From Ginglymostoma cirratum (taxonomy: Eukaryota), in NCBI GenBank assembly GCA_024137785.1, contig JAHRHZ010000264.1, forward strand, positions 27,871,763-27,935,762: a stretch of 64,000 bases of DNA, in the 5' to 3' direction. The notes under the pieces were generated by a model. That model worked only from the letters and a program-made list of their open reading frames with translations. It did not search any database and had not been told where the DNA came from. This document shows, piece after piece, positions 54,693-64,000 of this stretch. Position numbers and translations under genes: made by a program. Numbering within the stretch: the first letter of the stretch is position 1; each line of letters starts with the position of its first letter.

Positions 54693-55013
54693 CTGTATAT
54701 TAACAGCAGTAAAAACAAGAGTCAAAAGGTGCAATTCATAATTAAATAATAAAAATATTTAACTTAAACATAAAGCCATGGAAATTGTCCTAATGGGAAC
54801 AATACATTCTAGCTCACCATATAAATAGAGAAGAAAAGCTGCATTAACAACTCACAACAATCAGCACATCTAAAATTATGGCAAAATCTGTAAAATGCAC
54901 TTAAACAACAAAATTGCAACTATGGGCAAAATTATTAGAACCGTTGATATATCTATAATCATATTAAATGGTTTAGGCCAGTGCTTCCTTCTTCAAGTCT
55001 TCACTCATTTATT

Positions 55014-55102
55014 ATATTGGGATGTTTCATATCTCTTGACCTGACAAGCTCATGTCTTGAAAATGAGCTTGTCAGGTCAAGAGATATGAAACATCCCAAT
55101 AT
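55014..55102. repeat. Perfect inverted repeat with 40-bp arms and a 9-nt spacer
   Basis: 55014-55053 is the exact reverse complement of 55063-55102. The spacer is gtcttgaaa. Confidence 0.95.
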
Positions 55103-55148
55103 TCGAAAACATTGGAAAACAAAATTATTCTATGTTACTCCTAAACTA

Positions 55149-55472
55149 GGGGCAGCACGGTGGCTCAGTGGTTAGCACTGCTACCTCACAGTGCCAACAA
55201 CCTGGATTCGATCCCACCCTCGGGCGACTGTCTGTGTGGAGTTCGCACATTCTCCCTCTGTCTGCGTGGGTTTCCTCTGGGTGCTCCAGTTTCCTCCCAC
55301 AGTCCAAAGATGCGCAGGTTAGGTCAATTGTCCATGCTTAATTTCCCATAGTGTTCAGGGATGTGTAGATTAGGTTGGTTACAGGGGAATGAGTCTGGGT
55401 GGGATGGTCTGAGGGTTGGTGTGGACTTGTTGGGCCAAAAGGCCTGTTTCCACACTGTAGGGATTCTATGAA
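55149..55472 (+). mobile_element. Full-length HE1-like tRNA-derived SINE
   Basis: A-box tggctcagtgg, B-box-like gattcgatcc, central ctccctctgtctgcgtgggtttcctc, and a CR1-like tail ending ggattctatga. Confidence 0.88.
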
Positions 55473-55621
55473 TCCCATCTGACTACTTTCTTCAGACAAC
55501 ATTTCAAAAAGGTTTCAGGGTAACCTGCAGTTAGTTCTAATAGATTTGTAAATAAACATCAAAATTATAGCATAATTCCATGGATATTCAACAAAGAATT
55601 CTTTGAAAAAAGTGTAATTTT

Positions 55622-58270
55622 CATAGAAATACAGAAAATAGGAGCAGGAATAAGTCATTTGGCCACTTGAGCCTGCTCTGCCATTCAATATGATCACGGC
55701 TGATCTTCCAGTATCTTGGAACTGCTTTCTCTCCATATCCTTTGGTCTCTTTAGCTCTAAGGACTATATCTAACTCCCTCTTGAAAATGTTCAATGTTGT
55801 GGCCTCAACCATTTTCTGTTACAGAGAATTCTCTGGGTGAAAACATTTCTCTTTAACTCAGTCCTAAATGGTCTCCCCCATATCCTTAAATTGTAACACC
55901 TGATACTGAACTTCCCAATCATCAGGAACACCCTTCCTATATTTAACCAGTCTAATCCTGTCAGTATTTTATAGGTTACTATGAGATATCAGCCCCACCC
56001 CACTCTTCTAAACCCCAGTGAATACAGTCCTAACTGATCTAGCCATCCCAGGAGTCAGTCTGGGAAGCCTCTGTTGCACTCTCTCCATAGCCAGAACTTA
56101 GAAATGGAGGCCAGAATTGCACACAGTAATCCAGGTGTGGTCTCACCAAGGCTCTGTTCAATTGCAGTAAGACATCCCTGCTCCTGTGTTCGAATCCTCT
56201 CACTACGAAGGCCAACATACCACGTGCCTTCTTCACCACCTGCTGCACCTGAATTTCTACTTTCAGCAATTGATGTATAAGGATATCCATGCCTTGTTGC
56301 ACTTCCCCCTTCCCAATCAATCACTATTCAGATAATAATCTGTCTTCCTGTTTTTGCTACCAAAATGAATCTACATTATACTTCAGCTTCCATGCATCTA
56401 TCCATTCACTCAACTTGTCCAAAGCACACTGAAGCACCTCTGCAACCTCCTCACAGTTCACCCTCCCAGCCAGCTTTGTGTCGTCTGCAAACTTGGAGAT
56501 ATTACATTTATTTTCCTCATCTAAATCATTGATATACGCTATGAATAGCTGGGGATCTTTGTGGTACCTCACTAGTCACTGGCTGTCACTTGGAAAAAGA
56601 CCCATTTATTCTTACTCGTTGTTTCCTGTCTACCAACCAGTTTGTTATCCATGCCAGTACATTACCTCAATCCCATGTGCTTTAATTTTATACGCTAATC
56701 TCTTACATGGCCCTTTATCAAAAGCTTTCTGAAAATGAAGGTAAACCACACCAACTGGTTTCCCCTTATCAAGTTCCAATAGATTTGTCAGGCACGACTT
56801 CCCTTTCGTGAAGGCATGCTGGCTCTCTCCAATTCTATTAGTGTTTTAGAATCTATCAAATCCTGAAAGATGACCACAAATACATCCACTATTTCTACAG
56901 CCACTTCCTTAAGTAGCCTGGGATGTAGATTATCAGGACCTGGGGATTTATCAACCTTAAATCCTGTCAATTTCCCAACACCATTTCCCTACTAATACTG
57001 ATTTCCCTCAATTCAAATCTCACAAGACCCTGTGCTCCCTAACATTTTGAGGATGTTATTTGTGCCCTTCTTTGTGACAATAGAACCAAAATATGTATTT
57101 AATTGGTCTGCCAAATTTGTTCCCATTATAATTTCCCCTGTTTCTGATTGTGGGGTACCTAAATCTGTCTTCACTAACGTTTTCCACTTCACATACCTAT
57201 AAAAGCTTTTACAATCAGTTTGCATGTTGTTTAGAAGCTTACTCTCATCCTCCATTTTTCCCCCTTTTAATCAATTCTCCTTTGCTAAAATCTAAAGTAC
57301 TCCCAACCCTCAAGTCTACTGCTTTTTTTTGGCCAATTTGTATGTCCCTTTCTTGAATTTGATCCAAGTCCTAATTTCTTTCGTTAGTCATGGTAGGTAG
57401 ACCTTTTCCATTTACTTTTGTGCCAAACAGGAATAAACAGTTGTTGCAGTTCCTTCATGCACTCTTTAAATGTTCGCCATTACTATCCCTTCAAGTAATG
57501 AATAATAGGATTGGTTAGACTGACATTAGTAGTGGGGAATATGCTCAGGTCCATTATAAAAGATACAATAGCAGAGCGGTTGGAAAACACTAATAGAATT
57601 GGAGAGAGCCAGCATGCCTTCACTATTCCCCAAATTATCATAACCAGCCCACATCTCCTACCATCACTGTTTGCTTAGTTTAGATTCAGACCTCTAGTCT
57701 CAGAATCAACCAATTCTTTCGATCTTAATGAACAATTCTATCATATTGTGGTCACTTTTCCAAAAGGAGCCTTACACAGCTAGATTGCCAATTATTCCTT
57801 TCTGATAACACAATACCCAGTCCAGTCTTGCCTGGTCTCTAGATGGTTCCTCAACATGTTAAGCCAGCAAACCATCCCATATAGATTCCAGGAATTCCTG
57901 CTCTACAGTACTGATTTGATTTGACCAATCTATGTGCAGATTAAATTCACCCATAATTACAGCCATACCTTTGTTGATGCATTGCTTAATGCCTTCCCCA
58001 TACACTACCACTACAGCTTGGGGCTTGAACTACAACCTCCAATACTGTTTTCTGCACCTTGATGTCTTGATATCCATATAGGTTCTGCTTCATTACTGCA
58101 ATAATTCCCTCTTTAACCTCAACTGCTTTTTTTTTTCCTTGTCCTTCCTGAAAACTGAATGTTCTTGAATATCAAGGGGTATTCAGTTACTCAGTTCTCA
58201 TCCCTGGTCACCTTGCAGCCATATCTCCAGAATCTCAACTATATTATACCTGTTCATACCTATCTGTACA
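55622..58270 (-). mobile_element. Long CR1 LINE ORF2 fragment (endonuclease to RT to 3' end), frameshifted
   Basis: Minus-strand ORFs give DKSPGPDNLHPRLLKE, YINDLDE...SKFADDTKL and ALVRPHLDYCVQFWPP. Confidence 0.92.
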
Positions 58271-59549
58271 ACTGACTGCATGAAATGTTCCAATCTATCA
58301 AAAGCATTCTAATAGATACCGATGGACACAACTCATCTTTTACCATTGCTGTGTGCTTCCACATTATATATTAAACTTCTACATTGAAATATGTAAACGA
58401 TAACCATAGACAAGTTATAGATAGTTTCAAAGTGCTGTCAATATGGAGCCAACCATCTTACTTAAAAATAAAATACATCCAAAATCAAAGTTGACTAAAG
58501 GAGAACAGGTTTTGTCAAGATATTTACCTCAGATTGATTACCCTTGTTTGGATTATCCTAACAGAACATACAATGCTTGACTATAAATCAAGTTAAAATA
58601 ATGTTACAATAACTGTAGCATTGAACATAACAGAGATGCAGCTTTTCTGAAAACAAATGCTTGTTTTGTGAAAACATGATATTCAATAACAATTTCAGTT
58701 GCAGAAGGGAAAGCATTTACAGCTTAATTCCTAAAGAGCAACTTCTAAAAAAAGATGCTTCAGATCAATAGAAAGCTTACAGCAGTTGGGATAGTGCTTT
58801 CTAAACATAGGCAATGTCTGACTAATACAAGCCTTTACATATATTTCAGCTATGCAAAAACATAAAAGATCACTGGAATTTCAATTTAAAATAAGTCTTA
58901 AAGGAAAATCTTGTGGGGGTGATTTTCATCTCTCTATTGCACAAATATATCTCTGGGCTGCAGGCAAAGGAAAACCGGTAGCTGACTTTAGCTGTTTACT
59001 TTCTCAGATTTTAGGGTGGACCTTGAATTGGGCCACTAGTAGAAACAAGAAAATCAAAGATCAACACTACCAAAACTGGACGTCATGTTTGCATTAAATA
59101 GGTGACTCCTGCAACTAATATTTGTGTCACCTTCCCCATGTTCAAGATCACAACATCACTCTTCTCCCTGCCCATGTTGCTCCTGCCATTTCCTGCTCCC
59201 AACTGAAAACCATGGCTTGTACGAATCAGGAGAGAACCACTTTCTGAGATATTTGACGGGATCCTGAATTGCTACGTACAAAAGTGAGGTAATTTTTTTT
59301 TGCAGGGGTGAGTGGATTTAGCAAACTAGGAAGCCAAATTAATGGGGAGGAGCAGGCCTCATCTGGGGTGTACTAAATTCTTAAAAGGTTTCTGACAGTG
59401 AACATTATCCCTTACGGGAAGATGATCTGAAGATTCCAATCTGGCAAGAGGAACAGAAGCCAAAGCAGCAAGGAAGAGTGAATAAAGCTTCAGTTGAGAG
59501 TGAAAGGGAAGAGAGAATGTTTGCAGGCATTCTTAACTTTCCAGCAGCA

Positions 59550-60290
59550 GGTAGACAGAGGAAAACATACCTGAAATTAATGAAGAGGTTTCATTTCTCT
59601 GGGGAAATCACAGATTGACAATCAAATGCAAGCTACTGTCACAATATTATTTCTTGCATCAAAGGTCATTGCTGTCCTCAACTTATTTGCCTAAAGGTTG
59701 CCTGTCACATCAGCTGGTTTGGAGGTCATGTTTGCATCAAATCGGTGACTCCTGCAACTAATGTCTCTTTCCCGATGTTCATAAGGGAAAATAACTCTGG
59801 GTTTTCTGCCAGCTCCTGAAGTACCCAAATTTAAAGCATCACAATGCATCCATACTGTCCCAAAGGAAAGATGCAAACGATAGCTTACAGTCCTTAGTGT
59901 GCAACTCCTGTGCAATCACCAACAGTGCAGACAAGAGCTAACCTCTACACTCATGGTCTATGATTCTTAACAGAAACGCATACTCAGCTGTTGTACTATA
60001 GTCAAATCCATTATCAAACAAAGGCCTCAGGGAAAATAAAAAGACACTGAAGTCCTCAAAGGTCCAAAATCTGGGGATGGTATTGCTAGGTACTTGCAAT
60101 GCAATCCAGAAACAACAGAATTGCAGATCTGCAAAAGTGACAACACAGTCATCCACCTTCAGATAGGATCATTATCAATTTGGTGAGGATGATATTGGTG
60201 AAAGAGATGAGGAAGAAGACGGCCTCCAACCTCAAAGCTGCTTGTAGCAGCAGGGTAGGCATCTGCAAACCCAGCTGAAGACCCACATCT
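59550..60290 (+). mobile_element. Degenerate Harbinger (HARBI1-like) transposase relic
   Basis: RQRKTYL..RFHFS; ASKVIAVLNLFA (helix-turn-helix region); LNRNAYS (NRKGY-like); acidic tail near 60185-60220. Confidence 0.45.
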
Positions 60291-60689
60291 ATTTGGTTGC
60301 CCAGCCTGCCAAATCCAATTGAAAAGTTTGAAAGTACTTCCATTTTATATTAAGTCCTTAAGGTAAAATGTGAAGTATTAACGTGCATATGTCCACATCA
60401 CATTTCATAAAATTGCAAACCATTAATTGTGCATCTCCAACCCTCATTTTTCACACAAGAAACAAAAACGCAGTGTCAGATTGTCTTCATTAGTCCAGAA
60501 CTTGACAATCTACGCATGAGCAATCCGGACAGATGTTGGGGAATAAGCAGTTCCACTGAAATAACCATACACTCTATGGTTGCCTGCAGGTTGCCAATCC
60601 TATGCATCAGCACCACAATATTGCTGGGTAGAGGGAACCTTCACACTCTGTAGCAGTCCATGAGTGTGTTCAAGATTGTACTCATTAAT

Positions 60690-60955
60690 CCCAGGCCGTG
60701 TTTGAAAAGACCAATACTCCAGGTGAGGTCTCACCAAGGCACTGCACAAGTGCAGCAAGACATCACTGCTCCTGTACTCAAACCTTCCCACTGTTAAGTC
60801 CAACATCCCAGTTGCCTTGTTCACTAGCTATTGTACCTGCATGCTTACTTCCAGCAACTGGTGTACAAGGACACCCAGGTTTCGTTGCACTTATCCCCTA
60901 CCCAATCTATTAATTCAGATAATTGCCTTCCTCTTTTTGTTACTGAAATGGATCA
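60690..60955 (-). mobile_element. CR1 LINE fragment
   Basis: ORF 60600-60824 reads KATGML...FEYRSSDVLLHLCSALVRPHLEYW. Confidence 0.85.
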
Positions 60956-61679
60956 TTTGAAGTTAACCATTACAGAAGTATAAGGTAAGGTGAGGGGGCA
61001 GGTGTTCATGAACTACCATGTTGGTGCCAGTGTGAGGGTTTGTTTTATTTCGCAGCCAATCAGCTAGGCAACTGAACTAAATGATCCCTCCACCATTCAC
61101 TTCTACATTCTCTAAAAGATAATTACATTTAGACCATGCTGAATTTTTACTTATGGAAATTCGGCCCAGTTTCACCAAATTACATTTATGCACACATTCT
61201 TTTGCCTTTGTTTTGTTAGTCCTACTATTTTCAATGCTCCTCTCAGTTTTTCTCTCTTGTCCCACCAAAGGTGAAAATGAGCCAGTGTATTTTTCCTCTT
61301 CTTCCCAAGTTTTACAATGTTGAAATCAGGACCCATTACATACTGCGTGAACAGATGAAAATGGCAGGGCAATCAGTGACCATCTCCTAAACACCCAAAG
61401 CTCACCTAAGGCTATAAAATGTGCCCACAGTAGGTCCACCCCTAGCAGTTTGGACACTGCCTGCATATGCAAATCTGGATCTTGTGTTTCTTCCAAGTGC
61501 AAACAGACAGTGGGTACAGCCCACATGCTTTTCCCATCTGACCAAGGTGGTGGGAGGTCTAACCAGTTATCCTTAAGGAACTGTTGGAATATGCCACCAA
61601 TATGGTCAGAAACATTTCTGGTTGAAAATGACTGTGATCTGTCGCTGAAGGTTGGAATAAACAAACTCACCATTGATCA

Positions 61680-61815
61680 GATCCAAGGAAGGGTCACTCG
61701 ACCCGAAACGTTAACTCTGAATTCTCTCCATAGATGCTACCAGACCTGCTGAGCTTTCCGAGCAATTCCTGTTTGTGTTTCTGATTTACAGCATCCACAG
61801 TTCTTCCAGTTTTTG
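61680..61815 (+). mobile_element. 136-bp Penelope-derived insertion with a hammerhead-like motif and a 12-bp target-site duplication
   Basis: caccattgatca occurs at 61668-61679 and 61816-61827. Inside: gggtc-actc-gaccc then GAAACGTTAAC. The core reads CCAAGGA instead of CTGAGGA. Confidence 0.85.
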
Positions 61816-62343
61816 CACCATTGATCACGTTGGACAACTTTTAAAACTGTTCCATTATTGGAACTGTTGCACTACCAGCCTCACTTAATTTCCCCTTCTT
61901 ACTACAACCTTCTGACTTAAAACCCATCCTTGAGATCATCTACATCGTGACTTGCACTGTTTTCTGTCCTAGTCATTTAAATATTGGTGATATAGTGTAC
62001 ATGACTTCATTCTTTACCATTTATTAAAAAAAATCCCAAGTAAGTTTAAAGGTCAAAGGCACCATTTAGCTTTCAGATTTAAAATGAAACACAATTAATG
62101 ATTACAAAGCAGTATTATGTTCGACAAGATTTAGTTTTGGAGCACCATGACTCACTTCTGAAAGTCCATGACCTTTAAATTCAGTGCCAGACTTAAAGAG
62201 GAGAGCTAAACATACCAGTGTTATGACATTTATTTTTCAAATATAAACCAGCTTTCCACTTTCATTAATAAAATTACTCATTTGTTATTTCAGTTACTCA
62301 TCATCATCATGTGTTATTCCCGAAGGCAGGTCTTTGGCACTTA

Positions 62344-62480
62344 TAAAAACCAAAAGAACTGCAGGTGCTGTAAATCAGGAACAAAAACAAAGTTGCTGGA
62401 AAAGCTCAGCAGGTCTGGCAGCATCTGTGAAGGAAAAAACAGAGTTAACATTTCGGGTCTGGTGACCCTTCCTCAGAACC
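62344..62480 (-). mobile_element. Penelope-derived short element with a hammerhead motif, same family as 61680-61815 but inverted
   Basis: Minus strand reads gtt CTGAGGA a gggtc-acca-gaccc GAAA tgtt aac, then cagatgctgccagacctgctgagcttttccagcaac. Confidence 0.85.
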
Positions 62481-62569
62481 CTTGGCTCTTAGCTGTCTTT
62501 CAGCAGCTCATTCTTTCAGCGCACCATTCTTTTCACTTGTGAATAACTTCCTTCAATTTTCAAGCCATC

Positions 62570-62760
62570 TAGCATTGATAGTCTCTTCCTTCTGCTTCTA
62601 ACATGAGATCTCCCTTGAAACAACATTTTAATCTTACAAGTCCAAACCTCCTAAAGTATGTTCTGCCTGGACTCTGACTTGTCCTAATGCCATTCACAAA
62701 ATTTCTTTGTTCATTTACTCTCCACAACACTTCATCATTTGTTACTAAAGGATCAATTGG
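62570..62760 (-). mobile_element. Old RTE-like LINE C-terminal fragment
   Basis: VTNDEVLWRVNEQRNFVNGIR in ORF 62569-62844 resembles the post-RT region of RTE-clade ORF2. Confidence 0.45.
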
Positions 62761-64000
62761 TCCTTTCCGTTCTGCTCCAAACTTACATTTCAAAGTTATT
62801 TCAGTTACTATCCCTAGCCAAAAGGGAAGAGAATAGCCAGGCACTGGGTGTGCCCTTTAAAAGTAACTGCAAGGAAGTTTTTGCAAGAGATTCTGAAATA
62901 CCTTTCCCTCCTAAAGGATAAGCATCCAACCTCTGCATCCCCCATTAAAAAAGAAAGACAAGATTAGGAATTCACTGTGCTGTAATTTGTTGTGAATTCA
63001 TTGTTTGTGACATCAATGACACATCATGGGCACAGTCTAATGTACAACGGTATTTAATGGAAATCACGGGAGTCTCATCTGTTGCCTGGAAAGCCAGCAA
63101 GAGCATCTTGGCACTTCCTTTGTGAAACACCACTCAGGCACTCGACCAACAAACAGCAGTTGGGATCAAGGATTCCAGGATCAGAGGGTCCAGGGTAGCC
63201 CTAATGAATGGCATTCATGGAATGGCAGTAATAGCCCATTTAAGAGGCACTCAGCTAGTGATTAAGACCATTGTCCAAGAGCTTTGGATGTAATTGGGGT
63301 GGAGGCAGGAAGACATTACAGTCCTCACCTGCCATATTCCTGCCACCAAATTCACTGGTGTATTGGAGAAGGCATTAAATTCCAATTATTATCCCGAGTA
63401 GAAGGTTTCATTAGTAGAACAGCAATTTAGTCGCCCTTTAAAGAAAGCACGCTGCATAACTCGGCATTAGGACATTAGTATTCAAAGCTGAGGTACATTT
63501 GAATTAATGCCCTGTAGACACCACTGAGGTCCAACAGCCATTAAGTTAATTCGACCTTGCGCAAGGTATCACTTCAGTAAGCACTTCACAAAGAAGAACA
63601 TCTTCTGCTGTCAAGTGTTTGGAAGAATTGCACAGGAATAAATAAAAGAAACACTTGTGAATTCTGTCACAGTGCCAGCTGCTGTTCTGACCAGGCATTC
63701 AAACATACTCAGCTGTCTCTGAATGCTGGCTCATACTGTGTTAGCAGCGCATTGCAGGCCGTGATTTTATCAGCAGAAAGCAACTTATCACTCAAGGGAG
63801 AGTAAAGAAAAACCTCGCACACACTCAATAGCTAGAAAGCAAATTGCTCGTCACTTTCCTATATTAGTAACGAAAGGCCTGAGCAAATAAATTGGGTTCT
63901 GTCCACAGCACTTGCCACCCAAACCCAAACTAAGCAAATATTTTAAACCCAAACTTTTCATAAGCAAGATACCAGGCTAATCAATTATCCTCATTGGGGA

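Noticed and set aside
55149-55225. tRNA-like A and B boxes
   Set aside because: This is a SINE head that continues into the SINE body, not a tRNA gene.
54693-64000. Search for the preceding small SACS exon
   Set aside because: No convincing match found by eye; it probably lies beyond the window end.

Overview
Vertebrate genomic DNA, inferred to be a cartilaginous fish (shark) from its SINE/CR1/Penelope repeat content. Two genes converge tail-to-tail. On the + strand are the last two coding exons of gamma-sarcoglycan (SGCG-like; 25489-25612 and 27943-28116), which the ORF track misses. On the - strand is the giant ~11.6 kb terminal coding exon of sacsin (SACS; 54692-43126) with its probable 3' UTR. 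The rest is intronic or intergenic and full of decayed transposons: CR1/L2-type LINEs, tRNA-derived SINEs, Gypsy LTR relics and PIF/Harbinger relics. The most interesting signal is a set of five short Penelope-like terminal elements carrying minimal hammerhead-ribozyme cores (CUGANGA-stem II-GAAA-CGUH). One has an intact core, two form palindromes, one has a 12-bp target-site duplication, and two form an inverted pair upstream of the SACS giant exon. There are also three perfect 40-56 bp inverted duplications that look like template-switch products, including a 40-bp-arm hairpin ~320 bp from the SACS splice acceptor. Repeat family names and boundaries come from motif recognition by eye, with no database search, and are approximate.
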